Position numbers and translations under genes: made by a program
Notes under the pieces: model-generated
Seen by the model: only the letters and a program-made list of their open reading frames with translations
What the model was told of the DNA's origin: nothing
Database searches by the model: none
Shown: positions 1 through 11,474 of the stretch, in pieces
Layout: each line of letters begins with the position of its first letter
Numbering within the stretch: position 1 is the stretch's first letter
Source of the DNA: Azolla caroliniana
Taxonomy: Eukaryota; Plantae; Polypodiophyta
Direction of reading: 5' to 3'
DNA: 64,000 bases
Assembly (NCBI GenBank): GCA_043228905.1
Contig: JBHGNT010000009.1
Coordinates: 13,082,001 to 13,146,000, forward strand

Positions 1-2410
1 CCCTTTATCTTCTCGAACGTGGCCCACGTTCCACGGTGTCCGGCCCAAGGGATGTCGTGGTAGGCCGTCAACAGCTCCTCCTGTTCTTCCTTCATCGCCA
101 CCACCCGGAGCGGGACGCCGTTCCTCTTCTTCGGGTGCTTCCATAAGTATCCATCCCGGAGAAAGAATCGGTAAGCTTTCTTCCGGATCCGGTTGGCCTC
201 GTCCTTTGTCCACGACGCATCCGGCGTCATCGTCCTCAAAAATCCACCGATCTGGAGCCACTCGCCGTCGTACTTGCTCTCGTCGAAGTCGTTAAGTACC
301 GGAGTGCTCGTCCCATCGGTCGTCACATACGCCGCCTCGAAGAAGTCCACGCCGACTTCTTCGTCCTTCGAAACCATGCCGCCCTCGTTATCAAACCTCT
401 CCCTCGAAAGCATGTCGGCCATGGCGTTGTCCTTTCCGGAAATGTGTCGTATTTCCGGATCCAGGGACTTGATGTACGCTATCCACCTGAGCATCGCCAG
501 GTCCGGTGTCGCGCATCCGGAAACCATGCCGAGAATTGGCAGGCAATCCGTCTCGATAATCACTTCTGTCCCGATCAGGTAGTCTTTGTCGGCCTTTACT
601 GCCGAAACGATACCCCAAAGTTCGCGTTTAACCTGGGCATACCTCCGCATTCGCTCACTAAGGACCTTCGCGCCGAATCGGATCGGGAACCGAATGCCGT
701 CCTCGTCTTCTTGGTTGACGACCCATCTGATCCTGGTCGGACTCATATCCACCGTTATGTATACCGGGGTACCCTTCTCGTAGACAGCCTTCTGGAGTGC
801 CAGTGTTGCCGCAAGAGCTTCCTTTAGCTTCCGGACCGACTCCGTGTGCTCGTCTCGCCACTCGAATTTCCGCCCCTTCTTCAGCAACCCGTATAGCGGC
901 TCCGCAACGGGATCCATATGTGGTAGAATGCGCATGCCCCCAGGAACCTCCGAACTTCCGTAACCGAGCTACAGTCGGTCTTCATCGCGGAGATGGCTTC
1001 TACTTTTGCCGGAGACGGCTTCCGGCCATACGGTCCACACAGGTGTCCGACCACCAGGATTTCTGATTGCCCGAAGGCCGATTTCTCCCCGGAGAAGGTG
1101 AGCCTTGCATCCTCTAGCCTTTGTAGCACCTTCTCGCAGTCGTCGATGTGTGTTGCCACGAATCGCCGGCATCCGTCCGGCCCGACTGTCTCGTCCTTCT
1201 CTTCCACCGGGCACCCCTTTATCAGGATGTCATCCAGAAATGGCATGGTGATGTCCGGGATGCAATCCCTCAGTACTTTGTTCATTGCATTCACCATGTG
1301 GGCCACCGAGTTGGTCCCTCCTTGTGGCAGGGTACACATTCGCACTAGGCCGAGGGGAGTTCGCATCGTCGTAATGTCTCTGCTCTCCACGGCTAGCTGG
1401 AACTGGTCGTACCCCGAGTATAGATCACTGACCGAGTAAATCGACCTTCCGACGAAGGCCTCCGCGAACTCGTCTATGGTCGGTCCGATTCCTGCGTTCC
1501 GAATGGTCACTCTGTTGACCGGCTGCAGGTCTTGAATGAAGCGCATCGTTCCGTTTTTCTTTGGTACGGTAAACCATCGGTTCGAGTATGGGGCACTCGA
1601 CGGTTCGAGAATGCCCATATCTACTTTCTGCCTCAATAGCTCCATCAACTTCGGGATGTGAGCTCTCGGTACCGGAATCAGCTTGAGATTCCACGGCACA
1701 TGCGGTACCGTGAATATCACCATCGGCTCCATGATCGTCGGGTCTACGCACCCGATCTCTTCCGGTGAGAATGCAAAGGCTTTCCCGTGACTTCCGAGCA
1801 TTCTCCGAAACCGGTCTTCCTCCGCCGGCAGTAGGAACCCGCCCCCACTGATCTTGAGCTCCCGGAGCGTCCCGTCGGTGAAGGTGTGTCCTATGCAGGC
1901 CGGATCTCGTAAACTGGGGTCCGACGCCACCCCTCTGATTCAGGACTCGCTGCCCTCCGGTAAGGGTGCTGCGATCGGCCTTACCTTCCGGTCCACAGTC
2001 TTGTACTTCGTGCTAACTCGGGCCATCCGATCCAACTTGAGCCCCTGACTGAAGTCCGCGATGACTTCGTACATCTCTTCGGAACATACCGGTATCGTTC
2101 GGTCTTCGTTAAGGTCTTCTCTGGCTACCTTCCTCAGCATCCCCAAGGTGTTGTCGAAGGAGACCGCCTCCATGGCTCCGCTGATTTCCTCGTCTGGGCC
2201 GAGAACTCCGCACGCTCGAAGTCGCTCCTCCGCCCTTGCCCTTTCTCGGTCAACGATGCCGACTATCATACATCCTCCGTCGTCGGAGAAGCAAAATTTC
2301 CTGCCTATCGTACAAGGTTTCTTCGGTTTCGGTTCTATCGTACAGCTGTGGGGTCTTTCCCGAGTGTCCGGACTGTCTCGGCCCCACGCCTTGGCAGCCC
2401 TCTCTAAAAA
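1..2410 (-). pseudogene. pol: pol (RT, RNase H, integrase N-terminus) with a stop at 1940 and a frameshift near 910
   Basis: ORFs 1940-2449 and 881-1930 are in the same frame; RT motifs; RNase H read by hand (YAQVKRELWG, IETDCLP, NAMADMLSR). Confidence 0.9.
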
Positions 2411-4545
2411 TCCTCCTGGTTCTCGCCACCGAGGGATTCGCGGTTTCACTCATGGTTCGGTCGCACCGTCAGAAATTGGACCGAATGACGCCCATCCTGG
2501 CTTTTGACCCTTGCGTAGGCTGAACTGTTGTCCAACTCTTTGGTCTCCATCCGCGCCGCCGTGATGTATGGTTCCCCTAATATGACTGGGTGCGAGGACG
2601 TCTCCTGTACGAAGAAGTGCTGGTCAATCTCGACGTCGCCGATCTTGACTCGCACGTTCGGGCAGGCCCCATGCAGTTCCTCGGTGGCGCGCGTCGCCGC
2701 CCGTATCTTCCACCCGTGCTTGGTGTTGATCGGCCATTTTCCCTTCTTATAGAAGTCCATGGACATCAGGTTTATTTCCGAACCGTGGTCCACCAGTGCC
2801 ACCACCGGTTCCTGAACATCTCCGATCTTTACCAGGGTCTCCGTGGTCGCTCGGGCCCAGTGTGGTCTCGAATAGTGGCTCTCCGCCCACTCATCTTCTA
2901 GCGCCATGTCGTCGATGTGCGTCGTCCGCACCTCCACCGGTCTTTCCGGTTCCGTCTCCGTCGACAGCCTCTTTCGTTTCACCAAGTCCACAATGGAGTC
3001 GTGGAACTCCTTCTTGGCGATCCCTAGCACCTCCCGCAATGACAACTCCACTTTGATGTCGAGGATCCGTTCTTCTAGGACCTTTCGTAGGTCCGTAGTT
3101 CTTTCTATTTCCGTCCCCAGTCGGTATCCGCCCTTCCTGGGGTTATCTTGTGAGCTGGGCCCACCGGCATCGTTCCGTCGCTGCCCGAATCGGGTCTCGT
3201 ACCGTTGTGAGGGCCCGGCCGCTCCGGCTTTCCCCACTCGTTTGTCTTCTACCAGAGCCTCGTAGTTCCGGCAGGCGGCTTCTACGAAGCCCGTCTTCTC
3301 CTCGACCGGGTCGCTCCACCCAGCTACTTCCCGTGTTTAGGGTTTAGGGTTTAGGGTTTAGGCGCGGTCCACTTCGTCTTTCCTCAACCGTGCGCCGGCG
3401 AGGCCTTCCAGCATTGCCGACCAAAATCCGTCTCTGCTCTCCTTTCGGGCCTCGCTGTCCCCGACCCGAATGCCGGCCGACGCCGAGTAGTGGATGGCCT
3501 CCACGTGTTGAGCCGCTGCCTCTTCCATCAGTCTCTTCATACCTCCTCGCCCGTCGTTTCGGTTTGGGGCCCTTCTGGTGTCGCCGGCGTGCACCCGGCC
3601 TTCCCACAAGTACACCACCCGGTTCCTCAACGCCTCTGCGAAATCGCCGCAGTCGTTCCGAATGTGGCCGACCTCGTCGTACCACATGCACCTGTTCCTT
3701 GCTGCCGGCCGTCGGTCACGAGTCGGTTCGCCGCCTTCCCTTCGAGTCTGGGCGATCTGGAGATCCTTTGTCACCCGCGTCAACTCCTCCAGCGCTGCTC
3801 CTCCGGACGAGCCATTGACCATGCCGGTCGAAGCCGAACCGGTTTCGAGCCATTCTCGGGTTTCTTCCCTTCGCCCTTGCGGTGCCGGTTCAAGCCTCCT
3901 TGCTGTGACAGAGCCCGCACCGGACGCCCCGTTGTCAGCCCATTCCTGCCGTTTGTCAAAACGGTCACAGACTCTCTTAACCGCAGCCCATTCGGTCGTC
4001 AGCCCGTCTTCGGTTTCCAGCAAGGAGCCGACTTGATCCCGGTCCCGCTCGTCCACCGACTTGACGAATAGTAGGACCCGGCTCGTATCCAGAACGGTTC
4101 GGTCAAGCGCCAAAAGGCGCGCAAAGCGTCCTTCGAACTCCCGGAGGAGTGCCGATGCATTTCTTCCCTTGCCAGGGGACTCCACCCATTCCATGAAGTC
4201 TCGTTTCGAAAGCCGGAGCGCGTCGTCCAGCCCGTATTTTTCTAGGAGTCGGCCTTCGAACTCCTCCCAGGTACGGCTCTCCGCCCGCACCTCGAGCACC
4301 TCCGCATGGATGCTCGGCATCGCCACTCGAGGAAACCCGGCAAGACGCCTCTCTTCCGGAATGTCCCGCATCAGCATTTCTGCCCCGTAGGACGCCAAAT
4401 ACTTCGTGGCATCCTTTACGCTGAACCGGCCGATCGTACCGACGACCGCCTCAATGGCTCTGTCGAGGGTGCCGGTGCCCTCGCGTGCACTCAATATCCG
4501 ATCCACGGCCGAAGCCATGGCCTCTGCAAGATCCGACCCCTTCAT
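2404..4545 (-). pseudogene. gag: gag-protease ORF, broken by a telomere-repeat insert and a TGA
   Basis: ORFs 3358-4803 and 2446-3237 are in the same frame; ATG at 4545; degenerate zinc knuckle CMWYDEVGHIRNDC; aspartic protease motif; likely natural stop TAG at 2404-2406. Confidence 0.85.
3336..3362 (+). repeat. Interstitial plant telomeric repeat (TTTAGGG) x about 3.9
   Basis: tttaggg tttaggg tttaggg tttagg inside gag. Confidence 0.95.
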
Positions 4546-4567
4546 CTTCTGCTCTTCTGCCGCCTCC

Positions 4568-4585
4568 TTCACGTCGGGTTCACCA
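4568..4585 (-). promoter_or_regulatory. Primer-binding site, tRNA-Trp
   Basis: TTCACGTCGGGTTCACCA on + strand equals the 3' end of plant cytosolic tRNA-Trp plus CCA (recalled); 3 nt from the LTR. Confidence 0.85.
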
Positions 4586-4588
4586 AGA

Positions 4589-4969
4589 TGTCGTAAACGC
4601 ACAGAAAGGAAAGAGTAGGCTGGAGGTGCTGCCGGAAGCACTCGGGCATTCCTCAGAGCAGCGCGAGCCTCCCGAAACCTGCACAGAAAGGAGCTATAGA
4701 GTATGGAAGAGAGAGAAGCCTTCGGCCCGCAATCCGACAACACTTCGTCCTTTCTATCCGCGATCCCCCATTCCCCTCTTCGTCTCCCTCCTTTTATAGG
4801 CAAGGAAGGAGTCGTTTCCTATTAACTTGCTACCTACCGAATCTACCTACCTAGGATCTCCCATGTCCCTAATTCTCTCCTATGTACAACACAAGGCGTA
4901 CGTGCATGAAGAGCCGGTTCTTATGCTCCGGCGCACCGATTCCGCTTGTGGACGGTTTTCTTCACGACA
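4589..4969 (-). repeat. 5' LTR of the Trp-primed gypsy element
   Basis: TG...CA ends with inverted termini; TATA-like TATAAAAG near 4790-4798; homologous to the LTR at 56929-57549. Confidence 0.9.
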
Positions 4970-7900
4970 GCGCGAACTCCTGGTCATCTACTCTTTCCTG
5001 GATCCAGTGATACCTTCGTTGGATATGCTTCGTCCGGGAATGGTAGGCTGCATTCTTAGCAAGGTGGGTGACACTTTGACTGTCGCAATAGAGCCGGTAT
5101 TCATCTTGCCGGATACCGCGCTCTCCGATGAAGTCCTTCATCCATAATATTTCCTTGTCGGCTTCCACAGCTTCCATGTACTCCGCCTCCGTGGTTGACA
5201 ACGCAACGGTCTTCTGCAGCCTCAACTGCCACGAAACAGTTCCCCCTATATATCTCATTACATACCCGGATGTAGACCGACTGGTATCCACATTAGCCGA
5301 CATGTCCGAATCGGTAAAACCGTCAAGTTGAGGTTTTCCGGAGCTGAATTAAAGACACACATTTGAAGTGCCCTTCAAGTACCGGAGTATCCATTTGACC
5401 GCATTCCAATGCTCCTTGCGGGGATTGCTCATAAACCGGCTCACCACTCCTACTGCGTATCCTATAACCGGTCGGGTACACACCATTGCGTACATTAAGC
5501 TCCCGACGGCAGAGGCATATGGAACCTTCATCATATCTACCTTCTTTGCTTTCGTCTTCGGGCTTTGCTTACCGGATAGCCTGCAGTTTGCCGAGAGTGT
5601 CGATCCGACCGGTTTTGCATCTAGCATGTTGAACCGCTGAAGCACCTTTGTCACGTACTTCTCCTGTGACAGCCACAGTTGCTTTGTTGGCCGGTTCCGG
5701 ATGATATGCATCCCCAAAATCTGTCTTGCCGGACCCAATTCTTTCATTGAGAAGGTCCGGTTGAGAGCCTTCTTCAGCATTCGTATTTTGGCTTGGTCCC
5801 GTCCAACGATCTACATGTCGTCCACGTACAGAAGGAGTATTAGGAAGTCGCCTCCTTCAAACTTCTTCACAAACACACAGTGGTCAGCCTGTGTCTTGTG
5901 GTACCCTTGATCAGTCATGAAGGAGTCAAACTTCCGGTACCATTGGCGGGGAGCCTGCTTCAGTCCGTACAGGCTCTTCTTCAACCGACATACCAGGTGC
6001 TCCCTCCCTTTCTCCACGAATCCTTTCGGTTGCTGCATGTAGATCTCCTCTTCGAGGTCACCGTGAAGGAATGTCGTCTTCACATCCAGTTGCTCTACCT
6101 CGTGGTCCATGTTTGCAGCTATACTTAGCACCGTCCGGATGGAGGTCATCTTTATTACTGGGGCAAATATCTCATCGAAGTCCACGCCCTTCTTCTGCTG
6201 GAACCCCTTCACCACGATCCTGACTTTGTATCTCGGGGGTTTGCCGGCATCTCCTAGTTTCAACTTGTACACCCACTTGTTTCGGAGTGCCCGCTTTCCT
6301 TTCGGCAACTCCACCAATTTGTACGTATGGTTCTCATGCAGGGAATCCATCTCATCCTGCATGGCACTTTACCATTTGCGGCTATGGGGGTCACTTTTAG
6401 CTTCCTCGAAGCTTTCTAGCTCCCCCTCATCGGTCAACAGCACATGCTCTACATCTGGAAATCTCCGGGGGGCCCTTCTCTCTCTGAGAGGATATCCCCG
6501 TCTTTGGGCTTCGGTAACCGGCTCCTCCATTTGCTCTTCATCCAAATCCGATTCAAGGTCTCGGCCAGTTCCGGTTTCAGCTTCCTCTACTTCTTCTTCT
6601 GCCGGTTCGGTATCCTCACCGTAACCGGCTGGTTCCTCGAGTGCTAACCGGTCTCTTGCCGGTTGGGTCTGCTCCTCGGAGAATCGATCCTTACCGGTCG
6701 ACTCGGAGTTCATTATCTTCTTCTCCGACTCCTAGTCGGCGAGCGTCTTTTCCTCCATGAAGATAATATCTCGACTCCGGAATACCTTCTTGTCAACCAG
6801 GTCCCACACTCGGTAGCCGAACTCATCGTCGCCGTAACCAAGGAATATGCATGGCCGGGTCTTCGGATCTAGTTTTCCTCTCCGGTCCTTAGCTACATGC
6901 ACATACACAAGACACCCGAATACCTTCAGATGCCGGTAGGACACTTCCTTACCGGTCCATACTCTCTGCGGCGTGTCTCCGTCCAAGGGTACTGAGGGTG
7001 ATCTGTTTATCACTTATGTCGCCGTTGGCAGTGCATTAGCCCAAAACTTCTTGGGTAGTTTTGCATGTGCCAACATACTCCGGACCCTCTCCATTATGGT
7101 CCGGTTCATCCTCTCGGCCAGCCCGTTTAGTTCTGGCGTCTTCGACATGGTAAATTCGAGCCGGATTCCTTTCGAGCGACAGTACTCCTCGAATGGCCCC
7201 CGGTATTCACCTCCGTTATCTGCTCGAACCGCCTTCAGCTTCCGGCCGGTTTCTCTTTCCACTCTCGCGTGGAGCTCTTTGAAGACGGATAACACCTGAT
7301 CCTTCGTCTTCAACGGTGTGGCCCACAGCTTCCGACTGTGGTCATCTATGAACGTCACGAAGTATTGCGATCCTGCATGTGACTTCGTGTCCACTTGACA
7401 CACATCTGTATGCACCAACTCCAGTGGTGCATTACGTCTCCTCAGTGGCCTTGGTCGGAAGGAGGTCCGATTTTTCTTACCGGCCAATCAGTGCACTTCT
7501 CCAAGTGCACGTTCTTCGCTGGAATGAGGTTGTCGTCTACAAGCCTCTTCATCCCCTTCTCGCTCATGTGACACAGCCTTTTGTGCCACAGCTCACCGGC
7601 AATGTCAGCCACACGTCTCCTATGCCGACAATTCGGCATGTACCTTCATTCCCCATCCAGACACATCCGTGATCACCTACTGAGTAGGATGAGAAGCATT
7701 TCCGGTCCGGGGTAAGGTGGAACGACGCTCCAGAGTCGACAACCCAGGTCATCTCGTCGCCGGCAAGGTTTATCTCACTCTCCTCGGTGATGACCATCAA
7801 CTCTTCTTCGCTTGCCGCGATTGCCGTTGTTCCCTTACGGTCCGTTCCCCTCCGGTCTTTACTGTTCCGGTCCGGTGTCCGCTTCGAATCGGTGCCGTCG

Positions 7901-9366
7901 GTTTCCTTGTCTTTCCGGAAATGCCGACAGTTCTTCTAGAAGTGTCCCGGCTTGCCGCAATAGAAGCACGTAGGCCTCCCCCTTGACTTTGACCGTGTCC
8001 CCGACTTTTCCCGGTTCTAGGGACTACGATTTCTTTGTCTTCCGCGTTCCTATTCGGTAAGGAGCGCTTTGGAGTCGGAGCTCGTATTCTTATCTTTCCG
8101 ACGCGCCTCCTCATCTAGTAAGCTCGACTTTACTCTTGCTAGGGATAATCGTTTCCCTTCCGGCCCAGCGTTGCCCAAGGTGACAACCAACGTCTCCCAG
8201 CTATCTAGGAGGGAACCGAGCAGGAGTAGTGCTAGTACCTCATCGGCGAGAGGTACTTCCAATGATGTTGCCTGGTGGATCAGCCCCTAGAAGGCATTCA
8301 TGTGCTCCGCCATGTTGGAGCCATCTTGGTACCAGAGTCTTACTAGCTTCTAAAATACCGAAACCTGATTAACAACATTTTTGTTTTGAAACATAATGCT
8401 GATCTTCTCCCAGAGCTCATGAGCCTTTCTCTCTTCATTGAAGTTGTTGTATAGACTCATGTCGATGAAGCACCGTATGATGCCATTGTCTTCATGTGCA
8501 TCACCTCCCATATCGTGGCATCGATTTTGTCTGGTATCTTGTCCCCGAACTGAACCAGCAACCAAAGATCTTTAACCACAAGCATGTCCCTCATCTTCAA
8601 CTTCCACACTGATAATTGGAGCCGGTGAGCTTGAACATGCCGCCCAACGATTCGTCCATTTTCTGTGTTGTTTCGCTCTGATACCACTTTGACAAGAACT
8701 ACACGCTCCGATGAACACCGCTCGGCCACAACCGAGCTTAGAATCAAACACAGAAAAAGGGGAATGAAAAACACGACACAAAGGAGAGAAGAGAAGACAA
8801 GATGTTTAACGTGGAAAACCCTCAGAGGGAAAAACCACGGGAGTCCACAGAATCCAAACTATCACTATATCACAATGATTACAACAGTGAGCTCATGGAG
8901 GCAACGACCTCGCGCTCTCGATCTTTGCCACAGGCGGCGGTTACAACAGAGGCAACGACCTCTTCCTCTCTCTCTTTGTCTCTGTGTACACTGTTACGCG
9001 CTCTCTAGTCTTGCGCCAACAAGAATGACAACAACAACAACATTCTCTGTTTGCCCTAAGTCATATTTATACTAATATGACTTTTGGGCTATTTACAAAT
9101 ATAGCCCCGATGGGCTCTCGGAAACATATTTACGAATATGTCCCTTCATCCGGTGAGCACTCCTCACCGGGCCTACATCATCTAGCGCTTGCCGGACACT
9201 TGTCATCCAGTTCTCACCGGGTCTTTCGTAGTCGGGTACTCTTCATTCGGTTCTCATCGGGTCTTCACCATCCGGCTCTTACCGGGTACTTCTCATCCGG
9301 TTCTCACCGGGTCTTCCGTTGCCAGGTACTCTTCACTTCCCATCCGGAGAGACCTGTTTCCTAACA
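4970..9366 (-). mobile_element. Ty1/copia element family A, copy 1 (degenerate; interrupted in RNase H by the gypsy element)
   Basis: Fragmented gag/PR/INT/RT/RH ORFs (WVVDSGAS, LVHTDVC, LLYVDDM, ALSTTEAEY); iMet PBS 8675-8686; 5' LTR 8690-9366; homologous to 44604-50101. Confidence 0.95.
8690..9366 (-). repeat. 5' LTR of copia A1, with degenerate U3 tandem repeats at about 9150-9335
   Basis: TGACAAG...CCTAACA next to PBS GCTCTGATACCA. Confidence 0.85.
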
Positions 9367-11266
9367 TTTCTTGTCTGCTAGCAGGTGCATTCCCTTCTCA
9401 CTCATGTAGCCTAGCCTCTTATGCCATATTTCTCTTGCCGAGTCGGCTGCCACGTTTACTTCCGATTTGCACAGTCGGGCATGCATCATATATAATGTGC
9501 CTTCTTTCTGTGCTCAAGCCACTATAAGATTTCCCCGGCAGAATTTCCACTTGTCATTCCAAAAGCTACCACTATAGTCTTTGTCATCTAACCTTCCAGT
9601 TGATATCAGATTCAATCTGATATCAGGGACGTGTCGAACATCCTTCAGAGTCAGTTGACACCCTATCGACGTCATCAAGCAGACACTTCCGACTCCGACT
9701 ATCTTGTACTCTCCACAATCACCCATTTTCATATAACCGTGATCTCTGGCTATGTAAGTCGAGAAATACTCTCTCGACGGAGTTATGTGGAAGGATGCCC
9801 CGGAATCGATCACCCAACTGCATTCTTCACTTGCAAGATTTGCACTTGTCTGTTCACAGATGAACCACAGTTCTTCATTGCTCGTAGCAATGGCATAAGT
9901 GTTCTTCTCATCAGGAATCTTCCTGGGTTCAATATTGTTTCTGATACCCTTGTCTTTTCTCATGTGTCGGCAGTCCTTCTGGATGTGTCCATGTTTACCA
10001 CAGTAAAAGCACACTAGGTTACCTCTAGACTTCGATCTGGCTTGGGACTTTTCTCTCCTTGGTGGACTTCTTTGCTGGTTCCTTCCTTCTGTCCGAATGT
10101 TGTGTTACATTTGACTCCGACTTGGACATGACTCCCTTGTCCTTCCTCCTTGCCTCATCATTTAGGATGCTTGTCTTTACGGTTTGTAAAGACAAGTTCT
10201 CTTCTTGATAGGAGGTGTTGAGAGTGACCACCAGGTTCTCCCAGCTATCCGGTAGTGTGCACATCAGCAGGATGGCCTGCATTGCATCATCCAGGGGAAA
10301 CTTGGTTGCAGCAAGTTGATTCACATACTCCATGAATTTGTTGATGTGTTTGACGATGCTCTCACCGTCCCTGAATTTCAACTATACGATCTTTCTCATT
10401 AGTGAGGTTCTATTGAGCGCGTTCTTCCTCTCATATAGACCCGACAACTTCTGCCACATCTCATGTGCATTTGTGTCGTTCGCTACATGTTGCAAGACAC
10501 TTACGTTGACGCATTGTCGGATAGTGGCCACCACCTTTCTGTTAAGAAGTCTCCAATCCGACTCCAATACCCCCCTGGGTATATCTGCTCTGTTGACTAG
10601 CTCATAGAGGTCTTTGACTATGAGAAGGTCCTCCATCTTTATCTTCCAATCTGCATAGTTCTATGAGTTTAGAACTATCATGCTTGGGAAGCCGCTCACA
10701 CCTCCTTTCATGCTTGCACCTCAAGCTCTGATACCAGATTGTTGAGAATTGATTCGTAAATCCACAAGATCAAACGATATTGAGAATACACAATGCAGAG
10801 TACACAGAAATTTACGTGGAAACCCAGAAACCGGGACAAAACCACGGGAGAAGAAAACTTCTCTATATGGTGGATGTCCGAGACAGAGATTACAACACTC
10901 TGATTTATGAGTGTATCAACCACACAGGGTTCTTGGCGTCTGCTATTATGCGCACAGCTATGGCGCCGCTCTCTCTTTTCTTCTCTCTCTCTCTCGCACA
11001 CAACTCTATTGTCGTCACTACCGTCTGTTTGCCCTATATGTATTTATACTGATACATCGTATGGACTATTTATAATTGTAGCCAGTAGTACATATCATTA
11101 CTATTATTATTACTATAATAATAATAATAATCTGTTTAAATAATCAACTCTCTGTTGTCGACTCTTCAACTGTCGGCTATTTCCGAACAGTTGGTTCCTT
11201 CGACTCTTCGACTCTCGGCTACATCCGAACAGTCGGTTCCTCCCACTGGAGGGACATATCCCCAAC
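9367..11266 (-). mobile_element. Ty1/copia element family B, 5' portion (LTR, gag, protease), interrupted by copia A1
   Basis: gag ORFs 10025-10636; CFYCGKHGHIQKDC knuckle; WVIDSGAS; PBS 10725-10736; LTR 10740-11266 (TGTTGAG...CCCAACA). Confidence 0.9.
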
Positions 11267-11474
11267 AAAATTTATGGTCAAACAAGTAATTTAAAGGGGT
11301 CAAACAACAACTTAATTGATGCAATTATTTCTTAAAAGTTAATTGTTTTGGAGAAGGAATATATGACTGTGGCAAACTCTCAAATGTTTATCCGATTTCA
11401 GGTTGATGTTTATGCTATGGGATATTAACTATGTTTATTTTACGATGTATTAAGCACTTATTCTGATTAATTAG

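Larger units (their letters stand above)
1..4969 (-). mobile_element. Ty3/gypsy LTR retrotransposon, tRNA-Trp-primed non-chromovirus (Phygy/Ylt1-like); 3' part lies outside the window
   Basis: Domain order gag-PR(LVDHGSEIN)-RT(DLYSGYDQ, LPQG, FLDD)-RNaseH-start of INT; 5' LTR 4589-4969 (TGTCGT...ACGACA); PBS; flanked by copia RNaseH sequence at 4970. Confidence 0.9.

Noticed and set aside
193-4799. Many + strand ORFs over the gypsy element, and similar antisense ORFs over the other GC-rich elements
   Set aside because: Shadow frames of GC-rich gag/pol with no motifs of their own.
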